Shown: positions 30,040 through 39,623, numbered from the stretch's first letter. The stretch is 64,000 nt of DNA from an uncultured Verrucomicrobiae bacterium (GCA_963764165.1 CAVXRD010000002.1:320001-384000); one strand, 5' to 3'. Made by a program: numbers and translations. The notes: generated by a model not told the origin, from the sequence alone.

Positions 30040-30858
30040 ATGAAGAATTCATACAGCATCGGCGAGTTCTCCAGGATAACTGGCTTGTCCGTGAAAACGC
30101 TCCGGTTTTATCACGAAAAGGGAATCCTCGCCCCTACTTCCATTGACGAGGCGACGGGCTATCGTTTCTACGACGGCGCAAAAATCGACAAGGCGCGCAT
30201 CATCATGCAATTGCGCCAGATGGAGTTTTCAATCGAGGACATCGACGCCATTCTGCGCGAATGCGCCGACGAGGCCGATGTGCTCAATTATCTCGAACGC
30301 CAAAAGACCAAGCTTCAGCAGCGCATCCAGGAAGACCGGGACATCGTGCGGTCGCTGGGCGACATCATCGCCCGGGAAAAATCCGCTCAGGAACTTCTGC
30401 GAACCGCCGACAATGCCATCACCGAGAAACATCTTGAGCCGATCCTTGTCGCGGGAATTCGAATCAAAGGGAAATACAGTGATTGCGGCGAAGCATTCAG
30501 CCGTCTCGGAAAAGCGGTCGGAAGATACATTTGCGGAAAACCGCTGTGCCTTTATTACGATGGTGAATTTCGCGAAAGCGATGCGGACTTTGAGCCATGC
30601 TTTCCTGTTAAAAAAGAAAACGCAGGGCCCGGCATTGAATTTCACACCCTGTCCGGAGGCCGCATTTTAAGCCTCATTCATCGCGGTCCTTATGATCAAT
30701 TGGGCCGGAGCTATGCGAAAATTCTGCGCCACGCCGATGAACGCGGCCTCAAAATCAACCTTCCAACGCGGGAGGTATTTGTGAAAGGCCCGGGGATGAT
30801 TTTCAAAGGCAATCCAAAAAACTATTTGACTGAGATCCAATTGCCGATTGGCGCGTGA
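30040..30858 (+). CDS. MerR-family regulator with a GyrI-like effector domain (BmrR-like)
   Basis: YSIGEFSRITGLSVKTLRFYHEKG; C-terminal HRGPYDQLGRSY, TREVF, YLTEIQLP. Confidence 0.93.
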   Translation: MKNSYSIGEFSRITGLSVKTLRFYHEKGILAPTSIDEATGYRFYDGAKIDKARIIMQLRQMEFSIEDIDAILRECADEADVLNYLERQKTKLQQRIQEDRDIVRSLGDIIAREKSAQELLRTADNAITEKHLEPILVAGIRIKGKYSDCGEAFSRLGKAVGRYICGKPLCLYYDGEFRESDADFEPCFPVKKENAGPGIEFHTLSGGRILSLIHRGPYDQLGRSYAKILRHADERGLKINLPTREVFVKGPGMIFKGNPKNYLTEIQLPIGA

Positions 30859-30889
30859 CGAATTTTGTGGGAACATCCTCGGACCACAA

Positions 30890-31366
30890 ATGAAAACAAA
30901 GCGAAAGTCGTGGCAGGAAAAGCTGGCGATTAATAAAGGATTTCCCAAGGTAGCGCCGATTGACGCCAGCAAAAGCAAACGCTGGGGCACGGGCACTTTT
31001 GTCATTCCCGCCCCGTTGGAAGTGGACGCGCTCATGCGCGGCGTTCGCAAAGGCAAGCTCACCACCATTGACGAATTGCGAAAGCATCTCGCCCGCAATC
31101 ATGGCGCGACCATTGCCTGCCCCATCACGACGGGCGTTTTCGCGTGGATCGCCGCCAACGCGGCTGCCGAAGCCGCCGCCGAAGGAAAGAAGCGGACGAC
31201 ACCTTATTGGCGCACGTTGAAAACAAATGGTGAATTGAATCCGAAATATCCGGGCGGACCGGTGGAACTTACGAAGCTGCTGTCAAGTGAAGGACATACG
31301 GTCATTCAGAAGGGCAAACGGTTCTTCGTGGAGAATTTCGAGGCGAAACTGGCGGCTCTTTCGTAG
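30890..31366 (+). CDS. MGMT/alkyltransferase-like DNA-binding protein
   Basis: GKLTTIDELR..LA, ACPITTGVF, PYWRTLK.NGELNPKYPGG; has PYWR where active MGMTs have PCHR. Confidence 0.75.
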   Translation: MKTKRKSWQEKLAINKGFPKVAPIDASKSKRWGTGTFVIPAPLEVDALMRGVRKGKLTTIDELRKHLARNHGATIACPITTGVFAWIAANAAAEAAAEGKKRTTPYWRTLKTNGELNPKYPGGPVELTKLLSSEGHTVIQKGKRFFVENFEAKLAALS

Positions 31367-31422
31367 CGCGGTGTTATTCACGGTGACCGAGGAGTAAATA
31401 AGGTGGCCGACTCACTCGGAGC

Positions 31423-31544
31423 GGAGCGCGGCTGTGTTCGGAGGAGCGAAGCGACGAAGAATCAGCCGCAGCACGCTGCGATCAGTCGAGACGCCTTTCG
31501 GTTTGTCATGCTGCTGCGACTGGTCTGCGACACAGTCGCGCTCC
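31423..31544. repeat. GGAG-type REP doublet
   Basis: GGAGCGCGGCTGTGT...CAGCCGCAGC ... GCTGCGACTGGTCTGCGACACAGTCGCGCTCC; same family as 46045-46149. Confidence 0.8.
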
Positions 31545-31559
31545 GCTAAAGGTCACCCG

Positions 31560-33419
31560 CTAGCGAAATTGCTGGCAGGCGCTCTTGACGATCCACTTGG
31601 ATTTCTCCAGCGCGGCCAATGCCGCCCCTGCATCCGCGCCGGTCACAGCTTGGACGATTCGCACCGCGCGCTCGCGCAATTTTCGATTGGACGCATTCAC
31701 GTCCACCATCAAATTGCTCATCACCTTGCCCAAGCGCACCATGGCCAGTGTCGTTAGTGTGTTAAGCACAATTTTTGTGGCGGTGCCGGATTTCAAGCGG
31801 GTTGAGCCGGTCAATATCTCCGGTCCGACGTTGGGCGCGATCACCACATCCGGACGAACGTCTTTGGAAATTTCCAGATGCGGATTAAAGCACACCAGCA
31901 TGGTGCGAGCGCCGCGCTTCTTTGCCTCGTGAATCGCGCCCCAGACAAACGGCGTGCGCCCGCTGGCTGCGATTCCAACCACCAGATCGCGCTCGTCGAC
32001 GCCGCGATAGCGGATGGCCGTCGCGCCGCTTTCCGCGCTGTCCTCCGCCCCTTCCACCGAGCGCCACAAGGCCGTCTGGCCACCAGCGATGATTCCCTGC
32101 ACCCACTCCGGCGGGACGCGAAAAGTCGGCGGGCATTCCGAGGCATCGAGCACACCCAGGCGCCCGCTTGTGCCGGCGCCGACATAAATCACCCGGCCGC
32201 CCTTTTTGAGCGATGCCACAATCAAATTGACGCCCTTGGCAATTTTAGCGCGCTCGGCAAAAATTGCTTTGCCAATTCCAGACTCCTCTTCGATCATCAA
32301 TTCAACCGCTTTGCTGACGGGGAGGCGGTCGAGTTTGAGCGAGCGCGGATTGCGTTGTTCCGTCGGCGAAAGATCGCGCGACTTCGGAACGATGATGCCG
32401 TCCAGTATGGCCTCATGCGCCTTGGAAGAGATCTTCGCCCCGGCGGCAAAATGGCTTCGCGCCAATTCCAACGCGCCGCGCGCGCTCTCGCCTTCCAGCG
32501 GCGCGATGGTTGCCATGGGCCGGAGTTTGCGGATTTCTGCGCCGACATTTTTTGCAAACCCGGGTTGCTGCAGCAGCACGCTCCCCGCCAAAACGAATTG
32601 GACCGGCGCACCGGGCTTCACCAATTTTTTCGCGCAGCTTGCGGCGTCCCGGGCCAGCGAGTCGGCGGCGCCCTTCAAAATATCCCTGGCAATTCTGTCG
32701 CCTTTGGCGGCGGCGTTGAAAACTTGAATGGCGAGAATCGCGATTTCTGGTTTTTCGGCCGTTTTGACCCAGTCAATCAAATCTTCCGGCTCGTTCAACA
32801 GCAGGGCTTGGAGGATGTTCTGCCCGAGCGCCGACCATTCGCCATCACGGTCGAGGTAATACACCGCTGCCTTGAGCCCGCGCAGCCCAATTTCATAGCC
32901 GCTGCCCTTGTCGCCAAGAATATGGCCCCACCCACCGACGCGCGCCGTCTCGCCAGAGGCCGCGCGGCCATAACAACACGAGCCGGTGCCGCTGAGAATA
33001 AGCACCTGGGCGGCGGGTTGCTTTTTGCCGTCGAGGGTGGCGGCCGCCAGCGCGGTTTCGAGATCGTTGGTGGCGTAACACGGCACGCCGGGCCAAATCT
33101 TGGCCGCGGCGGCGCGGATGCGTTCGCGATCCGCTTCCGTTCGCGCCCCCGCCATGCCGATGGCCATGCCACCAAGCGGCTGGCCGGCCTTTGCGCTCAG
33201 CGCCGAGATTCCTTTGAAATGCTCGAGCAGCGCAACGTCGTCCAGCAGCCGGAGATTGGCCGGGCCGAAGTCGGCGCGCAGGCAATTTTGCCCGCCGGCA
33301 AGGGCGAGGAGCGCGGTGGAATGAGTGCCGCCGCATTCGATTCCGAGGAGCGCCGGCGAGTCGTTGGAACACTTCTTCCGCAAATTTGTAGTCACTGAAT
33401 TTTTCAGGGTGGGCATCAT
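31560..33419 (-). CDS. murQ: BadF-type sugar kinase (MurK/NagK-like) fused to N-acetylmuramic acid 6-phosphate etherase
   Basis: N-half: GIECGGTHS, ILSGTGS, GGWGHILGDKGSGY. C-half: TEQRNP, YVGAGTSGRLGVLDASECPPTF, GPEILTGSTRLKSGTATK. Confidence 0.92.
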   Translation of the reverse strand: MMPTLKNSVTTNLRKKCSNDSPALLGIECGGTHSTALLALAGGQNCLRADFGPANLRLLDDVALLEHFKGISALSAKAGQPLGGMAIGMAGARTEADRERIRAAAAKIWPGVPCYATNDLETALAAATLDGKKQPAAQVLILSGTGSCCYGRAASGETARVGGWGHILGDKGSGYEIGLRGLKAAVYYLDRDGEWSALGQNILQALLLNEPEDLIDWVKTAEKPEIAILAIQVFNAAAKGDRIARDILKGAADSLARDAASCAKKLVKPGAPVQFVLAGSVLLQQPGFAKNVGAEIRKLRPMATIAPLEGESARGALELARSHFAAGAKISSKAHEAILDGIIVPKSRDLSPTEQRNPRSLKLDRLPVSKAVELMIEEESGIGKAIFAERAKIAKGVNLIVASLKKGGRVIYVGAGTSGRLGVLDASECPPTFRVPPEWVQGIIAGGQTALWRSVEGAEDSAESGATAIRYRGVDERDLVVGIAASGRTPFVWGAIHEAKKRGARTMLVCFNPHLEISKDVRPDVVIAPNVGPEILTGSTRLKSGTATKIVLNTLTTLAMVRLGKVMSNLMVDVNASNRKLRERAVRIVQAVTGADAGAALAALEKSKWIVKSACQQFR

Positions 33420-33486
33420 GTAGCACGCCCGAATTTTTTTTACCATGCTTTTTCGCGACCCGGGCATATATTTGAGTCTAAGTAAG

Positions 33487-33563
33487 GTAGGGACGGCTCG
33501 CCGAGCCGTCCGGTTGCGCGTGGATAACACAACGGCCCGGACGCCTCGGCGAGGCGTCCCTAC
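33487..33563. repeat. GTAG-type REP doublet (REPIN-like)
   Basis: GTAGGGACGGCTCGCCGAGCCGTCC ... GGACGCCTCGGCGAGGCGTCCCTAC. Confidence 0.9.
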
Positions 33564-33584
33564 CTCAAACCACAAAAGAACGCC

Positions 33585-33803
33585 ATGACGCAGACGGAAC
33601 AGGAAATTCTCGACACGCTGGTCAAGCTGGAGGACGCGGCGGGGCGGATGGCCACCAGCCAGCCGAAACCGGACCTTCGCCCGCTTTTCAAGCGCCTCGA
33701 CGAACTGGCCGCGCAATTGCCCGCCGATGCGCCCGGGGATTTGCGCCATTATTTGCAGCGCAAGAGCTACCAAAAAGCCCGTGCCTTCCTCCAGGAACGA
33801 TAA
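33585..33803 (+). CDS. Small hypothetical helical protein
   Basis: 72 aa ORF ending LRHYLQRKSYQKARAFL, directly upstream of mnmE. Confidence 0.7.
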   Translation: MTQTEQEILDTLVKLEDAAGRMATSQPKPDLRPLFKRLDELAAQLPADAPGDLRHYLQRKSYQKARAFLQER

Positions 33804-35178
33804 CATTGCGACTTCGGCGCTGACGGACACCATCGCCGCCATCGCCACTCCGCTGGGGCAAGGTGGGATTGCGATGATCCGGCTCTCCGGGCCAAATTCC
33901 CTCGCCATTGCGGATGCGGCATTCGAGCCGCTCGGCCAGTCCGCAAAACCGAGTGCCGCGCCATCGCATACGATTCATTACGGACGCATTATCCGCGGCG
34001 GGCGCGTGATTGACGAAGTTCTTCTCGGCGTCATGCGCGCACCGCGGACGTTCACGCGAGAAGACGTGGTGGAAATCACCTGCCATGGCGGCTTGCTGCC
34101 CGCAAAGCTGACGCTCGACGCCATTTTGGAAAGCGGCGCGCGGCTGGCCGCTCCCGGAGAATTTACCCGACGCGCCTTTCTCAACGGCCGCATCGATTTG
34201 ACACAAGCAGAAGCTGTTGCGGACATTATCAGTTCGCGCACGGAACTGGCCGCCACCGCCGCCGCCGAGCAATTGGCCGGCACGCTTTCGCGGCGCATCA
34301 ATGCATTGCGCGACGAATTGATGAAGTCGCTCGCTCACATCGAGGCGCACATCGATTTTCCCGACGAAGATATTGCGCCTGACACGCGCGAAAAACTTGT
34401 TAACCGCTTGCAGACCGCGTTGGCGAGCATGGACGAATTGCTGCGCACAGCCAACGAAGGGCGCGTTTTGCGGCGCGGCGTTCGCGCGGCAATTCTGGGC
34501 CGGCCAAACGTCGGCAAATCGAGTTTGCTCAATCAGCTTTTGGGGCGCGACCGGGCCATCGTTTCGCCCATTCCGGGAACGACGCGCGACACGATTGAAG
34601 AGACGGCGAACATTCGCGGCATCCCCGTCGTTTTTATTGACACGGCGGGCTTGCGCGACACCGAGGATGAAATCGAGGCGGAAGGCGTCCGCCGCACGCG
34701 CGCGACGGCGGCCTCCGCGGAATTATTGATTCACGTGCTGGATGCTTCCGAAACGCTGGGCGAATGGGACGAATCCTTGCTGAGGGAATCGGCCGCCCGC
34801 AAGCGACTGCTCGTGTGCAACAAGGCCGACCTTTCACGCCGCCTCGAACTGCCCGGCGAATGGGAGTCCCTCGATGTTTGCTGCCTGACTGGAACCGGGG
34901 TCGAGGAATTAAAGGATGCCATTCGGGCGGCGGTTGTTTCCGGGGAGATTGAGGCGGAAATGCTGCAAGTCATGATCAACTCACGCCACGAGGATGCGCT
35001 GCGCCGGGCGCGGGCTGGCACGGACAACGCGGCGATTGGATTGCGCTCGAACATGGGATTGGAGCTGGTTGCCTTTGATTTGCGCATCGCCGTCCAGGCG
35101 GTCGGCGAAATTGTCGGCAAGACGGCGACGGAAGATTTGCTTGACTCGATCTTCAGCCAGTTTTGCATCGGCAAATGA
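33781..35178 (+). CDS. mnmE: tRNA modification GTPase MnmE (TrmE)
   Basis: DTIAAIATP, GEFTRRAFLNGRIDLTQAEAV, GRPNVGKSS, GTTRD, DTAG and C-terminal FCIGK. GTG start at 33781 is inferred. Confidence 0.96.
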   Translation: MPSSRNDNIATSALTDTIAAIATPLGQGGIAMIRLSGPNSLAIADAAFEPLGQSAKPSAAPSHTIHYGRIIRGGRVIDEVLLGVMRAPRTFTREDVVEITCHGGLLPAKLTLDAILESGARLAAPGEFTRRAFLNGRIDLTQAEAVADIISSRTELAATAAAEQLAGTLSRRINALRDELMKSLAHIEAHIDFPDEDIAPDTREKLVNRLQTALASMDELLRTANEGRVLRRGVRAAILGRPNVGKSSLLNQLLGRDRAIVSPIPGTTRDTIEETANIRGIPVVFIDTAGLRDTEDEIEAEGVRRTRATAASAELLIHVLDASETLGEWDESLLRESAARKRLLVCNKADLSRRLELPGEWESLDVCCLTGTGVEELKDAIRAAVVSGEIEAEMLQVMINSRHEDALRRARAGTDNAAIGLRSNMGLELVAFDLRIAVQAVGEIVGKTATEDLLDSIFSQFCIGK

Positions 35179-35927
35179 GCGGAGCAACCGTCCAAAACGA
35201 CTTCGTCGCAAGTGCGCGCCGCGAAATTCTGGCACACGGCATCGTGCCTGACGCTCTGCTCGCCCGCGATTTCGACACGCCCGCATTCGGCTTCAATCTC
35301 GCCTGCGCGTGGCCGCTGCCCTCCTCCGCCAAAGCGAGCTACGAGCAATTGGCCGAACGCCTGCGCGCTCTTGGGCCGGAAGTTTACATTTACCCTGCCT
35401 GGCAAATTCATGTGACCATTGCCACTTTCATCAATTTCACCCTGCACAAAAACATCGCGCCAGAGAGGAAGACGCAATTGGAGTCACTCATGCCACCCGT
35501 CAAAGAGATGCTCAGAGATGTGGTGAAAATTGCGCCGTTTGAATTGGTTTTTGGCAAGCCGGTGCTGACGCGCAAAGCCGCCATCCTTCCCATTACTGAT
35601 TCAGCAGGCGCAATTTCTCACATAAGGCAAAAAATTCGGGAGGAGCTGGCGGGTGATGCGGCGTTGAGCGCGGAACTGAATCGCGGCGGCATTAACATTC
35701 CCGGGATTGTTCACACCACCATCATGCGATTCCAATCCACGCCGTCGAATCTTCCAAAATTCCTGGCTGAATTCGACGAGGTGGCGGCGGAGACCCAGCC
35801 ATTCCCCGTCGCCATCGACGAATTATTGATGACAACCGAGACAAAGATTTACATGCGCGAAGGGGAAATTGCGCACCGGTTTCCGCTGAGCGAAAGGCTC
35901 CGCAGCGACAATGAAAATTTGTTTTAA
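35175..35927 (+). CDS. Putative 2H-phosphoesterase-fold protein
   Basis: Two HxT motifs (QIHVTI, IVHTTIMRF); the ATG overlaps the mnmE stop. Confidence 0.65.
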   Translation: MSGATVQNDFVASARREILAHGIVPDALLARDFDTPAFGFNLACAWPLPSSAKASYEQLAERLRALGPEVYIYPAWQIHVTIATFINFTLHKNIAPERKTQLESLMPPVKEMLRDVVKIAPFELVFGKPVLTRKAAILPITDSAGAISHIRQKIREELAGDAALSAELNRGGINIPGIVHTTIMRFQSTPSNLPKFLAEFDEVAAETQPFPVAIDELLMTTETKIYMREGEIAHRFPLSERLRSDNENLF

Positions 35928-35934
35928 AGATCTT

Positions 35935-36026
35935 AACAGAAGCACGCGAAGAGCACGAAGAAGGAACAAAACTCAATTTGCGCCCTGCTCATTTCGCCCC
36001 CTTTGCGTCCTTTGTAAGCTTCTGTT
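35935..36026. repeat. Intergenic hairpin element (AACAGAAG...CTTCTGTT family)
   Basis: AACAGAAGCACGCGAAGAGCACGAAG ... CTTTGCGTCCTTTGTAAGCTTCTGTT. Related arms at about 39171 and 61513-61541. Confidence 0.6.
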
Positions 36027-36085
36027 GGCACTGCTTTGAGTTGCCTGTTTGATTTGACACGCATTGGATTCAGCCCGAGCTGCGC

Positions 36086-39000
36086 CTACCTGTTTTCAGG
36101 TTTGACAAATTTGAACAGCGGGACGGGATCCTTTTGCACCTGGTAGCCTCCAAAAGCATATTCCCCAACCCACAGGTTTGGCCCGCCTAGAAGGTGGCGG
36201 ATTTTTTGGACGCCAATTTTCCAACGGTCGCCGAGGTCGGGATGCCGAAGCTGGCGGAAGTCCGTGCCCCAAATCCACAGGGAGCCGTCCGATTTTTGAC
36301 CAATGACGGAACCGAAGCTGCCCCAGACGTCCGCCCAATCCGAATCCGTTCCAATTCGCTGGCGTGGCCCCAGCGAGGCGCTCGTCATCGGCCAACTGGA
36401 AATTCTCCTCCACAGCGTTCCGTCCGGATGAACTTCAAATAACGCGGGCTGCCAGTTTGCAGTCATGACCTGGCCCATCACGGGCTTGAAACTGGCTGAA
36501 AGCAACTGGCCGACGGCGGCAATCGGTGCGTCTGGCCCAGGAAGTCTCGCGGGCGGCCAAAAGCTCCACCACTCACCGGCGCCGTTGAGCAAGAAGCTGG
36601 CACCGCCGCTCATTCCGACCCAGTTTGATTCCAGACAAGCCTGCGTGGGGACGAAATTCGTGGATTGCGACCAAACTCCCGCGCTAAAATAGTTAAACAG
36701 GCCCCATGTCCACAAGGTTCCGTCGTCGCGAATGGCAAGAATTCCGTAGCTGGCCGCGCCAAGAACCTTCCAATCGTGCCGGTCGCCGATTTGCGTGATG
36801 TCATGTGTCACGGGGACAAAATTGGTTTGGTAGGTGGGGCGAGGAGGCTTCCCACCCTTCCAAAAAAACGAAGATCGATTTGTCACGATGGAACCGATTT
36901 TCGGAGCATCGACACCTAATCCAAGCTGGCCGCGGTCATTCTTGCCCCACCCCCAGAGCGTTCCATCCCTTTTTCGGGCAATTCCAAAATCGTTGCCAAT
37001 CCTCGCTTCGCTCCAATCCCGATTCGTTCCCAGTTGGACCGGCTCGGATTGGAAATTTGTCCAATGCCATAAAGTCCCATCGGTGCGGACACCAAGCCCA
37101 TCCTGGACTCCCATCGAGACCGAAGCCCAATCGTGGTTCGTGCCCACTTGCACGGGTTCAGAGGGAGTGGCACGCTCCCCATAATTAGAACGCGTCCAGC
37201 GCCACAACGTTCCATCCGGCAGGATGAACGAAATATCACGCTGGCCCCAGAACAGGCGCACGGGGCCGTTGCTTTGGCCCAGTGGCACGACGAGTGGCGG
37301 CGGAGGAACGACACGCAAGGCGCGGTTCAACAAAAACACTCCCAGCCCCAGCACGATCAAGGCTATTGCCGCCCGCCTGACAACGCGGCGGAATGGCATC
37401 CTCGACTTTGGTTTTTCCGCCGCTTTGGCCAGCGCAATCGCCGCCGCCTCTCCTTCGGTTGCGGAAAGCGCGAGCGGGCGGAAAGCAGTTTGCATCCGCC
37501 GCCGCGCCTTCCGCCAGCAAATCGCGTCAATCGCAATTCCAATCGCCAGCCACCAGGCTATGTCATATCCCAGCGGCGGCTCCCATTCGTCGCGGAAAAA
37601 GAACAGCACCACCAGGCGCGTTCCATAGGCGACGGCGCCAAAAATAATCCACGGCAGAGATAAAATCAGGGCCGTCGATTTTCCGGTGGCCCGCGAATGG
37701 GTCTTTTCTTTGAGCGACGACGCCATCGCCACCCATCCAATGGTCAGCATGTCCACCACCAGCATTAGAATTCCAGCGAACATCAGCCAGCGAAAAGTCA
37801 TAACCTCGTCGCGGTGCGGATTGCGGACGAGGGTAAACATCAAAATGACCTCTACGACGACCGTTACAACAACGGGTCTGAGAAATTGCCGCCGCAGCGC
37901 GTCCCATTGTCCTCGCAAGATTTCGCCTGTCGTCAATGGCGTCGAAAGGAGCAGTTCGAATGCGCCAGAACGCTTGTCCTCGGCCAATTGATGCCCTGCT
38001 TCCGAGATCATCCAAAATTTCAGCAATCCATTCAGGAGGAACGCGTAGAATAGGTTCGAGGCCTCATCGATATGGCCAATGAGGTGGACCGTGAGAAGCC
38101 ACAAACCCCCGAGGCCCAGCATCGCCAGCCACACGTAGCGTCCTTTTGTATGGGGCCGCGCGGTCAGCCAAAGATAGGCGTCGATGTCGAGCATCCGCTT
38201 GCGGAAGGCGCGCGCGGCGGCGGCTCTGCCCTCGCGCCACCAGCGGCGGCGGTGCTGGCTTGCCATCCGCTTCACAGTTTGGGGTGTCATCGGTTTGTCC
38301 TGCCACGAAGTCGGCGCAATCTGGCTCGCCTTTCGGATCAAGACCAGCGACCAGCAAAAAATAAGCATGAGCGAGCGCCAGAAGTGTTCCGGAGCCCCTC
38401 TGTATTGAGTGGCAAAACTGTGGACATAAGTGTAGACAGGGCACGGGTAGAGGAAGAAATCGCCAGTCGCGCTCGCGAGCGCGGAAAAAAACCAAGCCGC
38501 AGGACTTGAGAACGGGTGAAACGGATTGTGCCCGAGCGCGGAAATGATTGCCCACAGCAGCGGCGGCGCGGCCGCAAACAACAACATCAGCCCAAAATTC
38601 GCCCCCATCGACCGTTCGTGCTCTTTGCAAAGGGCTGAGGCGTAGATTCCGATTGAAGTGGAGAAAAGGAAGGTGGTGAGGAGCACGGCCACCATCCGCC
38701 AGAATTCGCCGCCGGTCATTCCGCCGGCCAGCAGCGGCACGGCCATCAGCGGGAACACGGCAAGAAGCCCATAAAGCCCGTTGAGCGAGGTGGCGGCCAT
38801 CTTGCCGAGGACGACGTCGTAGCCCGTCAAATCTGTCAAGAATAACAATCCAAACGTCCCATCGCGCTTCTCCTTGCTGAGGCAATCGGCGGTTGAGACC
38901 CGCCCGGCCACCAGGCAATAGAGCATGCAAATGGCTGAAAGAGTGTAAAATAAATTCCTCCCGATGGCCACCGTTGGATCAAAGGCGCTGATGCAAGCCA

Positions 39001-39112
39001 AGACGCCAAAGGCGACCGTGGCCGCGCCCGCAATTTGAAGGCGCATCATGAACGTTCCGCGCCGCCTTGAGGCCACGCGCAATTCCCGCTCAACGATGGG
39101 AAGAAAGGTCAT
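36086..39112 (-). CDS. ABC-2-like permease fused to RCC1-type beta-propeller repeats
   Basis: MTFLPIVERELRVASRR, EKRDGTFGLLFLT, EDKRSGAFELLLSTPL; C-terminal DGTLWGWGKNDRGQLG repeats. Confidence 0.82.
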   Translation of the reverse strand: MTFLPIVERELRVASRRRGTFMMRLQIAGAATVAFGVLACISAFDPTVAIGRNLFYTLSAICMLYCLVAGRVSTADCLSKEKRDGTFGLLFLTDLTGYDVVLGKMAATSLNGLYGLLAVFPLMAVPLLAGGMTGGEFWRMVAVLLTTFLFSTSIGIYASALCKEHERSMGANFGLMLLFAAAPPLLWAIISALGHNPFHPFSSPAAWFFSALASATGDFFLYPCPVYTYVHSFATQYRGAPEHFWRSLMLIFCWSLVLIRKASQIAPTSWQDKPMTPQTVKRMASQHRRRWWREGRAAAARAFRKRMLDIDAYLWLTARPHTKGRYVWLAMLGLGGLWLLTVHLIGHIDEASNLFYAFLLNGLLKFWMISEAGHQLAEDKRSGAFELLLSTPLTTGEILRGQWDALRRQFLRPVVVTVVVEVILMFTLVRNPHRDEVMTFRWLMFAGILMLVVDMLTIGWVAMASSLKEKTHSRATGKSTALILSLPWIIFGAVAYGTRLVVLFFFRDEWEPPLGYDIAWWLAIGIAIDAICWRKARRRMQTAFRPLALSATEGEAAAIALAKAAEKPKSRMPFRRVVRRAAIALIVLGLGVFLLNRALRVVPPPPLVVPLGQSNGPVRLFWGQRDISFILPDGTLWRWTRSNYGERATPSEPVQVGTNHDWASVSMGVQDGLGVRTDGTLWHWTNFQSEPVQLGTNRDWSEARIGNDFGIARKRDGTLWGWGKNDRGQLGLGVDAPKIGSIVTNRSSFFWKGGKPPRPTYQTNFVPVTHDITQIGDRHDWKVLGAASYGILAIRDDGTLWTWGLFNYFSAGVWSQSTNFVPTQACLESNWVGMSGGASFLLNGAGEWWSFWPPARLPGPDAPIAAVGQLLSASFKPVMGQVMTANWQPALFEVHPDGTLWRRISSWPMTSASLGPRQRIGTDSDWADVWGSFGSVIGQKSDGSLWIWGTDFRQLRHPDLGDRWKIGVQKIRHLLGGPNLWVGEYAFGGYQVQKDPVPLFKFVKPENR

Positions 39113-39205
39113 TCCTGGCTCGCGAGATTTTCGCCCTGACGCGACAGCATGTCAACTATTGACAAAGAGCCAACAGAAGGAAACAAAGGCGGGCAAACTG
39201 CGCCA

Positions 39206-39387
39206 GATTTAATCAGGAACGGCCGAACTCAGGAACGGAGGCCCCAGGGCATTTTCCACGCGATGGGAACGATGCGAGTCAGGGGAAATATGCCGGTGGC
39301 AAACACGTCCGCTGGACCACGAATAAAAGGGGTGCGCGAAATCAACTTCAGCCTCTTTTCCTGAGTTCGGTCCTTCCTGATTAAATC
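39206..39387. repeat. Inverted-repeat element with 30-bp arms (CAGGAA family)
   Basis: GATTTAATCAGGAACGGCCGAACTCAGGAA / TTCCTGAGTTCGGTCCTTCCTGATTAAATC (28/30). Another arm at 61874-61903. Confidence 0.8.
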
Positions 39388-39407
39388 ACTCCCCTCCCCT
39401 TCCGGTC

Positions 39408-39524
39408 TCAGGGAGCCACGAAGGTGCGATAGAGGACGTAAAGGACGGCCCCTTCCGCCGCCACAAACAAACCAAAGGACAGCGGCGGCAGAACGCGAGT
39501 TCGGATAAACTCAATTATTTGCAT
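39408..39524 (-). CDS. Candidate small membrane protein (38 aa; 59 aa if started at 39587)
   Basis: MQIIEFIRTRVLPPLSFGLFVAAEGAVLYVLYRTFVAP*; one TM helix; too short for the ORF track. Confidence 0.45.
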   Translation of the reverse strand: MQIIEFIRTRVLPPLSFGLFVAAEGAVLYVLYRTFVAP

Positions 39525-39623
39525 AAACCGACCTATGATTGCAATCATAGCACGAACAATGCCAATGACAAGGGCAATTCTGACCATCAGTAGTGCGCTT
39601 GGGAGAGACTCGAAAGAATCTGA

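Noticed and set aside
33420..33908. N-terminal extension of the kinase-murQ ORF to 782 aa
   Set aside because: It runs through a REP doublet and antisense to the 33585 ORF and mnmE. The start is more likely at 33419 or 33416.
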